From assembly GCA_965215195.1 (NCBI GenBank), contig CBDCDC010000002.1, forward strand, positions 2,976,001 through 3,040,000: a stretch of DNA of 64,000 bases, read 5' to 3'. Positions 9,704 to 19,156 of this stretch are shown piece after piece. Position 1 is the first letter of the stretch. Every line of letters begins with the position of its first letter. Source of the DNA: Candidatus Latescibacterota bacterium. Lineage in GTDB: Bacteria > Latescibacterota > UBA2968 > UBA8231. The notes below the pieces were generated by a model, which saw nothing but the letters and a program-made list of their open reading frames with translations, was not told the origin of the DNA and made no database searches. A program made the position numbers and the translations under genes.

Positions 9704-11653
9704 CTACCACCGCGTCACCACCGCATCCCACCCTGCAATCAGATCTACTGCCATCCACGCGCCCGCGCTGCTGACTTGGCCCAACACCATGCCTAAAAAA
9801 AAGGGCCGCAGCCGGCGAAAGAGTGGGACCCCTCCGTACTTCAATACGATCCATTTCGCCAGCCAGCCCAATGCCATACTCGACCAAGCGAAGAACATCA
9901 CATAGGTCCCCCCCACCGGCAGGCCGATTGGGTGGATGGGCCACCACAAGAAGCGGTGGCGCAGGTACAACAACAAAAACATCAGCCCGGCCCCCAAGCC
10001 GGTGAACGCGCCCCGCGGCCCCCAGAAATTCCACTCGGCCACCGGATTGAGCTGATTCGCCGCTATGTCGTTAAACGTCCAGCGGCCCATAATGCTGTAA
10101 AACCAGTAGTGGAGATTGACCCCGCCGTAGGTGTAGGCGATGGAAAGTACCGTCCAAGCCGAGGCGACCAAACTCACGGCAATGGCTATGAGCAAAGCCC
10201 AAAAGAGCGGTGGTCGGCGCGTCCCGACGACCTCGGCCAGCCGGGTGCTGTTGGAAGCTGCCGCCATAACGGTCGTGCGAATGTCCCCGGCCCAGCCGTT
10301 GGCAAACCCGAGCACCATCAAGCCTCGCGGCCCAATGGGTGCCGTGCCCAGCGCGTTGAGCGCAAAGGCTGTCGGCGTCATCTGCGCCCGGCCATACCCC
10401 ATGCCCCCTTCGGCGACGATCCGCGTCAAACCGACGAATACCACAAAGGCGATAACGAGCAACAGCAGTGCCGCCCCCACGGGCAATCCCGCGCTTTTCA
10501 ACCAGAGGACCGCGTAGAGGAAGGCCCCTAGCAGGAGCCACACCGCCTTGCGGTAGGAGAGCATCTGCCCGCTGTCCGCTCCCGCTTCCCGCTTTTTCCA
10601 CGCCCCGGCGACGACTTCTTTGAGATGCCGCCGGGCAGTCCACAAGCTGGCCGCCACGAGGGCGATCAACGCTCCCATGGCTTGCTGGGCAGTAGCGATG
10701 GACCCTTCGGTGTGCATCAGCCGGATCTCTGGAATGCTGAATCCGATGGTGTTGAAAAGGCCCAACTGGAAGAAATTGAGCAAGTAGAAAAACCACAGAC
10801 TAAAGGAGACCTCCAGACTCAGGAAGTACGTCAGGCCCAAGACGATAAACCACAAGTTGAGCAAGACGCCCCGCATGTCGTGGAAGACGGTCAATTGGGT
10901 TGACAACTGGATGGGAGGAACAAAGGGATAGTACTTGTGCAGGGCATTGATCCCCAATAGGACGAAGGGAATGGCAAACCCCAACCACATCAGGGGTTCC
11001 TTCAGAAAGGGATTGACCGCCGAGGGTCTGTCGTCCTCGTGGATCATGTACAGCGGCAACTGCACGAGCGGAAAGATCAAGCGCTCGTTGCGGGCCCATT
11101 GTTCGTGGAGCAGGGCCGACAGGGCGATCATCATCAAGTAGAGTGCCGCCAAAAAAGAAGCCCACGCCAACAAGGGCCCCAACCACGCGCCCCAAGGAAC
11201 GGCCACGCCTTGGGGCAACCCTTCGTAGAAGTACTTGACCGCCAGCGGGTCTTGTGGCGCCAGCCACGGCTGGATGTAGGGGTGGAGTAGCTCGGCCCAG
11301 TTGTTTTCGGGCGTGGCATAGTAATAGACCCCGGCCAAGAAGGGGACCAATTGAGCCGTGACCCCGGTGGAGGGAATGGCCGAAGCCGCGACCATCATGG
11401 CGTAGATCACCACTAGTTCCCGGGCCGATAGGCTCCATTTGCGCCCGATCCACTTGAGCGGAATGTTGACCAACAGCAGGAGAAAGAGGAGGAAAATCGC
11501 GCTCAGGGCGATGAAGTCCCCGGTCCAATCGAGAGTACCCATCACCAGCAGGCCATAGGGAAAAACCGCGTTGATCACCGCGGCCAGCAAAGTGCCGACG
11601 AGCAGGGCGCGATACGGCATCCATCCTTTGTCCTTGGCGACGAATTGGCTCAT
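9704..11653 (-). CDS. DUF6785/DUF6784-like polytopic membrane protein (putative transporter)
   Basis: Many TM helices, YYYATPENNW, QWARNERLIFPL, WWPIHPIG, LKYGG..RLRPFFLG. Paralog of 60104..62035. Confidence 0.75.
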   Translation of the reverse strand: MSQFVAKDKGWMPYRALLVGTLLAAVINAVFPYGLLVMGTLDWTGDFIALSAIFLLFLLLLVNIPLKWIGRKWSLSARELVVIYAMMVAASAIPSTGVTAQLVPFLAGVYYYATPENNWAELLHPYIQPWLAPQDPLAVKYFYEGLPQGVAVPWGAWLGPLLAWASFLAALYLMMIALSALLHEQWARNERLIFPLVQLPLYMIHEDDRPSAVNPFLKEPLMWLGFAIPFVLLGINALHKYYPFVPPIQLSTQLTVFHDMRGVLLNLWFIVLGLTYFLSLEVSFSLWFFYLLNFFQLGLFNTIGFSIPEIRLMHTEGSIATAQQAMGALIALVAASLWTARRHLKEVVAGAWKKREAGADSGQMLSYRKAVWLLLGAFLYAVLWLKSAGLPVGAALLLLVIAFVVFVGLTRIVAEGGMGYGRAQMTPTAFALNALGTAPIGPRGLMVLGFANGWAGDIRTTVMAAASNSTRLAEVVGTRRPPLFWALLIAIAVSLVASAWTVLSIAYTYGGVNLHYWFYSIMGRWTFNDIAANQLNPVAEWNFWGPRGAFTGLGAGLMFLLLYLRHRFLWWPIHPIGLPVGGTYVMFFAWSSMALGWLAKWIVLKYGGVPLFRRLRPFFLGMVLGQVSSAGAWMAVDLIAGWDAVVTRW

Positions 11654-11657
11654 ACCC

Positions 11658-14189
11658 CTATTCGCCTTGGGGCGAGCGCCGGCTGAGCTGCTCGGCTAGT
11701 AGGTTGAGGAAATAGACCGACGATCTGTCCGCGGGATTGGCCGTCAGCGCCCGCTGATAGGCCCTTGCCGCGGCCCGGTCGCGGTTTTGCAGCCGCATGA
11801 TGTCCCCCTCTAGCGCGTGTTCTCCAGCCTTGAAATAGACCGTTAGCTTTTTTCGTACCGTAGCAGAGGGGGCCGTCAGCAGCGACAGAGCCGAGGTGCG
11901 GTGTGGCGCCAAACTCTGCAACACCTCCCACGAGCCGCTGCTGTAGCCCCTCGGACTGACAAAGCTGATGTAGGGATGGTCGTCGGTGTTGAGCGGGCCT
12001 TCCCCCACGTAGCGCCGCAGGGCGATCTCGTCCAGCACTAGGCTGTTCAAGAGCGCAAATACATCTCCCATGTCAATGGTCTCTAAGCTGCGATGTACCC
12101 GCGGCGGTGCCATTTTCTCTTGGAGCACCTCCAAGTCAATCGCCTGCGGCTGCATGGTCCCCACCATGATCGAGTAGTTGTTCGAGCGCCACAAGGTGGC
12201 GTGGGGAAAGACGTGCTGAAAGGTCCGCACGATGGTCTTGTAGTCGTCTGGAGGCAGGCCGTGAAAGGGCAGCCACTGGGCCATGATCCCGTCGGCGCTC
12301 AGGTGCGCCCGGCACAACTCGTAAAATTCCTTTGTGTAGAGCACCCAGCTATCGGCACTCGTCGGATGGGTGGCGTCCCCGGTGATGATTTGGTAGGTGT
12401 CGCGGCTGGAGAGGAGAAAATTGCGGCCGTCGTCGATAACTACTTCGATATTCCACGCAGTCGGATTCTCGAGCACGTAGTGATTAAATTCGCCAAAGTG
12501 CGCCCGGGCCGCGTCTATCACCTCCGGCACCAACTCGACGCAAGTGATGCGTTGCGGCTCGTACTGGGCCGCTCCGCCCAAGGCAATACCGCCGCCCAAG
12601 GAGACGACCAACACCTCCTGCGGATCGGGATGCAGCAGCAGGGGCAAATGGCCCAACAGACGGAAAATTTGCAGCGAGCTGTAATCGGTGGGTACCTGTC
12701 CGCCTCCATTGAGCGCCATTTTGCGGAAACCATCGGTTTGTCGCTCGACCGTGATGACGCCTTCGGCCCCTTCTTGGTAAAATACCAGTTCCCGGTTGAC
12801 GGCCTCCGGCTCGGCAATGCGCCGCAGCACATCCGAGGGCACTAGGACCAGCAGGAGGGCCAAACCCGCCGCCCCGCTCCAGATCAGCCGCTTGCGCTTC
12901 TGGATAGCCAAGGCGATGGTTAGGCCAACCAAGCCATTCAAGGCCGCCAGCACTTTGACGCTCCACTCGGTCCCCAGCAGCGGAATCAGCACAAACCCGG
13001 TCGCAAAGGCCCCCCCGACCGCGCCCAAGCTGTTGACCGCGCCGATAGCCCCTATGCCGCGCCCCAGCCGCGCCAGTTGTCGCGTGTAGATTTGGCCGAC
13101 CAGCGGAAAGATGACCCCCATTGCCACGGTCGGCAGCAACATGATGGCAACGGCCGTGAAGAACACGCCGGTCCTCGACACCCACCACGAATCCGCCCGC
13201 TGGATCGGCTCCACAAGAGCGGATAAATGGGCAAAGGCCAACACGGACAGGGCACCGCACGCGCCGATCAAAAATTGGACCGAGACAAAAATCGAAAGCA
13301 AATCCGCTCGCCGCGTGAGTAGGAGACTGCCCAGCCATCCCCCCAAGGCCAGTCCACTCAAAAAGGCCACCAAGACAATGCTGAACTCGTAGTGTGAATT
13401 AAAGGAGAAACTTACCATCAAGAGCCGCATCCACGCCACTTCGTAGCCGAGGGCCGCAAAACCGGAGAGCGCAAAGCCGGCCAGTACGCCCCACAGGATG
13501 CGGTCGGAGTGCGCGGTCTTTTTTGCCGCCCCTGCGCCGATGGCGACGGCTCGTTGGCCCCCCCACAGCCAAGCCGCACCCGCCACCAAGAAATTCACCG
13601 CGGCGATGGCTTGCGTCGTCCCCTGCAAACCCAGCCCTTCCATCAGCCCGAAGGTCGCTGCCAACACCCCGGCGACCGCGCCCAGCGTGTTGACCGCATA
13701 GAGTTGTCCGACCCGACCGCCCAATCTGCCCAGCCGCCGCACCGCAAACTTGGCCACGACCGGCAGGGTCCCTCCCATCAGGGCCGTGGGGAGCAAGAGC
13801 AAGGCAAAGCAAAGGCCGAAGCGGATCAGGGAAAAGAGGTAGAAGTTCCCCTGTAACCCGGCCAAGGTGCCATAGGCATTGCCCAGATTCGCACTAAGAC
13901 TGGGAAAGAAAAGGGCAAAAAGACCGATGCCGGCCTCTAGCGCGGCAAAAACCCGCAGCGGGTGCTTGCAGCGGTCGATGTGCCGCCCCAAAACCCAACT
14001 GCCCAGCGCCAAGCCAGCCATGAAGGCGCTGAGCACGGTGCTGGTGGCCAGCAAGGTAGTGCCAAAGACCACGGTCAGCATCCGCGCCCACACGACTTGA
14101 TAGACTAAACTGCTGACCCCAGAAAAAAAGAACAGGACCAAGAGCGTCTTGTGTTCAGACTGCTCCAAGTCCCGACTGTATTCTTCCAC
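11658..14189 (-). CDS. Fused MFS-like membrane domain / spermidine-synthase-like SAM-dependent protein
   Basis: SGVSSLVYQVVWARML and LYAVNTLGAV repeats, then LGGGIA, VELVPEV, DDGRNFL, GDATHP. TPR-like tail. Confidence 0.85.
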   Translation of the reverse strand: MEEYSRDLEQSEHKTLLVLFFFSGVSSLVYQVVWARMLTVVFGTTLLATSTVLSAFMAGLALGSWVLGRHIDRCKHPLRVFAALEAGIGLFALFFPSLSANLGNAYGTLAGLQGNFYLFSLIRFGLCFALLLLPTALMGGTLPVVAKFAVRRLGRLGGRVGQLYAVNTLGAVAGVLAATFGLMEGLGLQGTTQAIAAVNFLVAGAAWLWGGQRAVAIGAGAAKKTAHSDRILWGVLAGFALSGFAALGYEVAWMRLLMVSFSFNSHYEFSIVLVAFLSGLALGGWLGSLLLTRRADLLSIFVSVQFLIGACGALSVLAFAHLSALVEPIQRADSWWVSRTGVFFTAVAIMLLPTVAMGVIFPLVGQIYTRQLARLGRGIGAIGAVNSLGAVGGAFATGFVLIPLLGTEWSVKVLAALNGLVGLTIALAIQKRKRLIWSGAAGLALLLVLVPSDVLRRIAEPEAVNRELVFYQEGAEGVITVERQTDGFRKMALNGGGQVPTDYSSLQIFRLLGHLPLLLHPDPQEVLVVSLGGGIALGGAAQYEPQRITCVELVPEVIDAARAHFGEFNHYVLENPTAWNIEVVIDDGRNFLLSSRDTYQIITGDATHPTSADSWVLYTKEFYELCRAHLSADGIMAQWLPFHGLPPDDYKTIVRTFQHVFPHATLWRSNNYSIMVGTMQPQAIDLEVLQEKMAPPRVHRSLETIDMGDVFALLNSLVLDEIALRRYVGEGPLNTDDHPYISFVSPRGYSSGSWEVLQSLAPHRTSALSLLTAPSATVRKKLTVYFKAGEHALEGDIMRLQNRDRAAARAYQRALTANPADRSSVYFLNLLAEQLSRRSPQGE

Positions 14190-14278
14190 GCTGAATGCTC
14201 TGTGTTAGGCGACCGTTGTGGTTCGTGTTCCGCGGTCCGTGGCCATGGGACTAACCACTAACGTGAATCAGACCGCTT

Positions 14279-16231
14279 CTAAGGTTCCTCTAGGGTGAGT
14301 CGCTGGTTCGTCTGGATGGGGCCGTCCAAAGCCTGCACCTGACCCGAGGGCCAACGCACCGTTAGGCGATCCACCACTGCCGCCGCCCCCAAGCCAAAGT
14401 AGAGTCCACAAGCGCTCTGCGACAGATACCCGGATTGCCCATCCTGCACTTGGGTATACACCTGACCGTTAGCTTCCACCGCGACCACTGCTCCCAACCC
14501 ATCCCGATTCGACGCCTTCCCCACCAGTACCACCTCCACATAGCGCAATCCCGCCCGACGCTGACTCAGGTCGCTGAGCAAGACTTGGGGCACCCCATTG
14601 AACTCATTGGTCACAATGTCGAGATCGCCGTCGCCCTCCACGTCGAACAGGGCCGACGAGCGCGTCCCCAAAGCGCCGTACACCAGCAAGCCCCCCTCTT
14701 GGCCCTCGCAGTTTTTGTGCCCCGTATCCGCCTCGTCGCAGTCGAGGGCAAACCATGGCTGGGCGGTCCGCCCCTCGCGTCGCGGCTCCACTCCTAAGAC
14801 GAACTCGCTGTCGAGGAAGCCGCGCCCCCGGTCGTTGAGCAAGACGGTGTTGATCCCATAGCGAAAGGGATAATTCATACTCGACGCCACGAACACATCC
14901 TGCCAGCCATCGGCGTTGAGGTCGCCGCTGCTCACCCCCCACGGCCAGTAGTTTTCAGTACCGATTAGGTCGGAGATTTCCTCGAATTGCCCCTCGCCTA
15001 CTTGGCGGTAAAAGGCATTGCCGAAGATGCTCAGCCCCTCGCTCTGCAAAAAAGCGTCTGGATACTGGATGTACGACTTGAGCTTTTCGTCCCAAGGCCC
15101 CATCGGCTGGCTCATGTCGGAGTGCATATCCGAGACGAAGAGGTCCATCCGGCCGTCGTTGTCGTAGTCGAGGGCCTTGATCCCCATCGAACCCCACGGC
15201 GTTTTGGGGAATACCACGCGGCTCTTTTTGACAAAACCCCGCCCGGCCACATTCTCGTAGTAGGAGTCGTGTCCCTGCATATTGAGCACGTAGAGGTCCT
15301 GCCACCCATCCCCATTGAAGTCCAGCGGACTGGCGTCGCCCGACCAGCTCGAATCCAATAGCCCCACTTCGCGCGCGACCTCGGCGAAAACCCGCTGCCC
15401 CAAATTCTCGAACAGCGCACTCTGCTCGGCGCGCTCGGGCTTCAGATGCCCGGAGAAGGCATCCTTGAAACCCCGGTAGTACTGATAGGTCGGTCCCACC
15501 TCCAGTCGCGTCGGATCGACCGCCGCGGTCCTCTGTTCATCGTGGGTATAGACCCCCACATTGGTCACAAACAGATCCAGCAATCCATCGCTATTGTAGT
15601 CGAAGAACTCACCAGACGACGAGTGCGCCTGCCAGCCCGTGCCCGAATGCTCGGTTATATCCTCGAAGCGGCCGGTTCCGTCGTTGACTAAGAGCCGGTT
15701 GCCCAACCGCACGGCCGTGGCGTACAAATCGACGTCGCCGTCGTTGTCAATGTCGCCAAACGACGCGCTCACTCCGATCCGATCGGCCAACTCCAGACTA
15801 GGCGTGGTGTAGTCCTCAAAGCGTGCGCTGCCGCGATTGCGCCATAGCTGATTGCCTCCCACTTGGGTCGTAAAGTAGAGATCGTAGCGTCCATCGCCAT
15901 CTACGTCCCCCACCGCCAGCCCATTGCCGTGGTCGTAGTGGACCGGGATGTGGTCCTTGGCCGCATCCTCCACCACCCGATTGCGAAACGCAATGCCGCT
16001 AACTGCGAGCTGGTCGGTAAAGGAGAAGTCGCAAAAGACCTCGTAGGCTCGGGCCGCCTCCAATTGGGCTTGCTGGCGGCGCGCCAACCACGGCGGCTCG
16101 ACGATTGCGGCCGGATCGGGAAAGGGCTTGAGAATTTTGGCAGGGGGTTCAGCGTGGGCGATTTTTAAGGGAGTGAACGCAAGAATACACAGCGCAGAGA
16201 GGAAAGCCGCCTGACAGTTCGGCATGGTCAA
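14279..16231 (-). CDS. CRTAC1-family protein
   Basis: Signal peptide, FG-GAP DxDxDGxxD repeats, ASPIC/UnbV tail (SNRDGLGA..GYLSQS..YFGLG). Confidence 0.9.
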   Translation of the reverse strand: MTMPNCQAAFLSALCILAFTPLKIAHAEPPAKILKPFPDPAAIVEPPWLARRQQAQLEAARAYEVFCDFSFTDQLAVSGIAFRNRVVEDAAKDHIPVHYDHGNGLAVGDVDGDGRYDLYFTTQVGGNQLWRNRGSARFEDYTTPSLELADRIGVSASFGDIDNDGDVDLYATAVRLGNRLLVNDGTGRFEDITEHSGTGWQAHSSSGEFFDYNSDGLLDLFVTNVGVYTHDEQRTAAVDPTRLEVGPTYQYYRGFKDAFSGHLKPERAEQSALFENLGQRVFAEVAREVGLLDSSWSGDASPLDFNGDGWQDLYVLNMQGHDSYYENVAGRGFVKKSRVVFPKTPWGSMGIKALDYDNDGRMDLFVSDMHSDMSQPMGPWDEKLKSYIQYPDAFLQSEGLSIFGNAFYRQVGEGQFEEISDLIGTENYWPWGVSSGDLNADGWQDVFVASSMNYPFRYGINTVLLNDRGRGFLDSEFVLGVEPRREGRTAQPWFALDCDEADTGHKNCEGQEGGLLVYGALGTRSSALFDVEGDGDLDIVTNEFNGVPQVLLSDLSQRRAGLRYVEVVLVGKASNRDGLGAVVAVEANGQVYTQVQDGQSGYLSQSACGLYFGLGAAAVVDRLTVRWPSGQVQALDGPIQTNQRLTLEEP

Positions 16232-16259
16232 TTCGTGGTTAGTGATTCGTGGTTAGGCG

Positions 16260-16391
16260 CTTACTACACGACACCAGCCCTCAGCCGGCCAAGGATCGAG
16301 GGCGTCCCGCCCTCGATCCCGGACCCAGCGGAAACCGCAGAAAAGGCGTACTCAAAGTAAGGGGCACCTACTTTAGGTGGCGTGTACTAAG
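16260..16391 (+). mobile_element. MITE copy 1 (132 bp) with REP-like internal hairpin
   Basis: TIRs CTTACTACACGACACC / CTTAGTACACGCCACC (14/16). Flanks GGTTAGGCG / GGTTAGTGG resemble a decayed 9-bp TSD. Homologous to 32224..32399. Confidence 0.75.
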
Positions 16392-16582
16392 GGTTAGTGG
16401 TTGGGCCCTGCACTGCACAAGACCGGGTTGGATACTGGCCACTAACCGCGGGCCGGGGGCGAATGGGCGGTAAAAAAATAGCATGTACCCACCATGTCAA
16501 GCGAGTGCGCCTTGCCGCCTCACCCTTGTGTTGGATATTATGGACTTCCGCAAAAAGCCAAAGTCCCAAGCCCCTGCAAACC

Positions 16583-19138
16583 ATGATGCACCCCCTCTTC
16601 CCCCTCCTCATATTGCTCCCGCTGTTGCCGCTGCCCGCGACAGCTCAATACGAAGTGACGATAGAAGGCAAAGCCTACCAACTCATCCTCGCCCGCGATC
16701 TCGTCGCAGCAATCCAGCGAGCCGCGGCCGACGCCGCACTCGAATACGACCGCTTGGTGGTGCAGGGGCCGCTCGAATTGACCGGCGACACCCTGCGCAC
16801 GGCACTCGCCTTTAAGGACGTGCGCTTTACCAGCCCCGTAGTCTTAGAACGCGCCGTTTTTCTGCAACCAATGCACTTTGTTCGCACTCACTTCCAACAG
16901 GGCATCTCCCTGCTCGAAACTCGCCTCGAAGGTGGATTTTCCTGCCGCGACTGCCGCATAGCGGGCAGGGCTAATTTCAAACGGACTTTGCTTGCCGACG
17001 CAGTGGATTTTTCGGCCACCCAGTTTTCCGGTGCGGCCTTTTTTCAGCAGACCAATTTTAGCGGAGAAACCACCTTTGAGCGCAGCCAATTTGCGGACGC
17101 GGCCTATTTCGACCAGACCGCGTTTGCCGGCTCTGCCCACTTTCAGGATGCGTCCTTTGCAAATCTGGCCTCCTTCAAAGAAGCGGCGTGGCAAGCGACT
17201 GTTTCATTTGCCGGCGCTCGCTTTGGCGAAGATGCCCTGTTCGCGCAAAGCCGCTTTGCGGAATCTACTGCGTTCACTGCGGCCTACTTCCGCGGCCCAG
17301 CCCATTTCGAGCGAGCCAATTTCTCGGCTGCGGCCTCCTTCGGCCGAGTTGTCTTTGGCGGCCCGGTCCGCTTTGTCGGTGCCCACTTTCGCGCCTCGGC
17401 TTCCTTTGGCGACAGCCGCTTCAAACGGGAAGCCACCTTTGCTGGCGCGACCTTTGCCCGGCCTTTCCGCCCCAATGCCCACTTTAGTAAGGCCCCGGAC
17501 TTAGCCGCTGTGACCGCTCCTCTCATAGATTTGGAGCCCAAGGCCGCAGCCCGCTCGGTTCCCCCCCCAGACACCGCCGACCCTAGCTGCGATCCCATCC
17601 AATTGGTCGATGTAACCCAAGCGGCTGGCCTCGACTTTGAGCACTACAACGGCTTTTCGGGCGAGTACTACTACGTCGAAACCTTTGGGTCCGGGGCGGC
17701 CTTCCTCGACGTCGACGGCGATGGCTGGCTCGATCTCTATCTGGTCAATGGCGCACCCCTAAGCGGCGAGCGCCCGGAGCCAATCCCGGTCAATCGCCTG
17801 TACCACAACACCGGCGCGGGCGGCTTCACCGATGTGACGGCCACCTCGGGGGCCGGGCACACCGGCTACGGCATGGGCTGTGCCGCGGCCGACTACGACG
17901 CCGACGGCGACGTGGATCTCTACGCGACCAACGTTGGTCCCAACCTCTTGCTGCGCAACGAGGGTGAGGGGCGCTTTGCCGACGCGACCGCAGCCGTGGG
18001 CGGGGGCGATGCCCGATGGGGCACTAGTTGCGGCTTTTTGGACTACGACCTTGACGGCGATTTGGATCTCTACGCGACCAACTATGTAGAATTTGACCCG
18101 CAAAAAAACATCGTCTGTGCCGAGGGCGGCATTCGCTCCTATTGCGAGCCAAAGTTCTACGAGCCGGTGGGCGATGTGCTCTACCGCAACGAAGACGGCC
18201 AATTCCGCGATGTGGCGTCCGAAGCGGGAATCATCCACAAGGGGCGCGGCTTGGGCGTGGCCTTTGCGGATTACGACCTCGATGGCGACACCGACGTGTA
18301 CGTGGCCAACGACGGCACCATGAACTTCCTCTACCAAAACCAAGGGAATGGCTTTGCCGAGGTCGGTCTCTACGCCGGAGGACGCTACAACGAGGACGGC
18401 TTGGCCGAAGCCGGCATGGGGGTGGAGTTCGGGGATTGGGATAACGACGGGTTCCAAGATGTTTTTGTGACCAATTTCGCCCAAGAGACCAATACCTTGT
18501 ACGGCAACGATGGCCAAGGGCAATTCCGCGACATTACCAATCGCGCCGGCCTAGCCGAGTGCAGCTACAAACCGCTGGGCTTTGGCACTAATTTCCTCGA
18601 CTACGACAACGACGGCGACCTAGACCTCTTTGTCGCCAACGGCCACGTCATGGACAAAATCGCTCAAGTACACCCCGACCACGCCTATCCGCAGCCCAAT
18701 CAGGTGCTTTGCAATCAGCGGGGGACCCGCTTTGTCGATGTCTCCGCCAAGCTCGGTCCCGCGCTTGCGGCCGCGGCCGTAAGCCGCGCTTCGGCCACGG
18801 CCGACTACGACAACGACGGCGACCTAGACCTGCTGGTGACCAATGTTGCCGCCGCCCCCAACCTCCTGCGCAACGACGGGGGCAACCGACAGCACTGGCT
18901 GACGATTCAGTTGGAAGCCCTCGGAACCCGCGTCGCCGTGACGGCCGGTGGGCAGCGCCAAGTCGAGGAGTGCCAGTCGGGCGGCAGTTATCTTTCGAGC
19001 AGCGACCCCCGCCTCCACTTTGGCCTCGGAGCGGCCACCCGGGCCACGGTCGAAATCCGCTGGCCCGACGGCGCGTTGCAGACCATAGAAGCGGTGGCGG
19101 CCGATCAGATTCTGCACCTAGTTCAACCGAATCCCTGA
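16583..19138 (+). CDS. Pentapeptide-repeat + CRTAC1 (FG-GAP/ASPIC-UnbV) fusion protein
   Basis: Signal peptide from ATG 16583, AxFxxAxF repeats over about 250 aa, then a complete CRTAC1 module. Confidence 0.8.
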   Translation: MMHPLFPLLILLPLLPLPATAQYEVTIEGKAYQLILARDLVAAIQRAAADAALEYDRLVVQGPLELTGDTLRTALAFKDVRFTSPVVLERAVFLQPMHFVRTHFQQGISLLETRLEGGFSCRDCRIAGRANFKRTLLADAVDFSATQFSGAAFFQQTNFSGETTFERSQFADAAYFDQTAFAGSAHFQDASFANLASFKEAAWQATVSFAGARFGEDALFAQSRFAESTAFTAAYFRGPAHFERANFSAAASFGRVVFGGPVRFVGAHFRASASFGDSRFKREATFAGATFARPFRPNAHFSKAPDLAAVTAPLIDLEPKAAARSVPPPDTADPSCDPIQLVDVTQAAGLDFEHYNGFSGEYYYVETFGSGAAFLDVDGDGWLDLYLVNGAPLSGERPEPIPVNRLYHNTGAGGFTDVTATSGAGHTGYGMGCAAADYDADGDVDLYATNVGPNLLLRNEGEGRFADATAAVGGGDARWGTSCGFLDYDLDGDLDLYATNYVEFDPQKNIVCAEGGIRSYCEPKFYEPVGDVLYRNEDGQFRDVASEAGIIHKGRGLGVAFADYDLDGDTDVYVANDGTMNFLYQNQGNGFAEVGLYAGGRYNEDGLAEAGMGVEFGDWDNDGFQDVFVTNFAQETNTLYGNDGQGQFRDITNRAGLAECSYKPLGFGTNFLDYDNDGDLDLFVANGHVMDKIAQVHPDHAYPQPNQVLCNQRGTRFVDVSAKLGPALAAAAVSRASATADYDNDGDLDLLVTNVAAAPNLLRNDGGNRQHWLTIQLEALGTRVAVTAGGQRQVEECQSGGSYLSSSDPRLHFGLGAATRATVEIRWPDGALQTIEAVAADQILHLVQPNP

Positions 19139-19156
19139 CCCCAACTTGCATTCGAG

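Noticed and set aside
14248-16450. TAACCAC/GGTTAG short repeats flanking the CRTAC1 gene
   Set aside because: Too few and degenerate to call a repeat family, and partly explained by the MITE target duplication.
16397-16582. Upstream start for the 913-aa ORF
   Set aside because: The extension is intergenic sequence next to the MITE. A signal peptide begins at ATG 16583.
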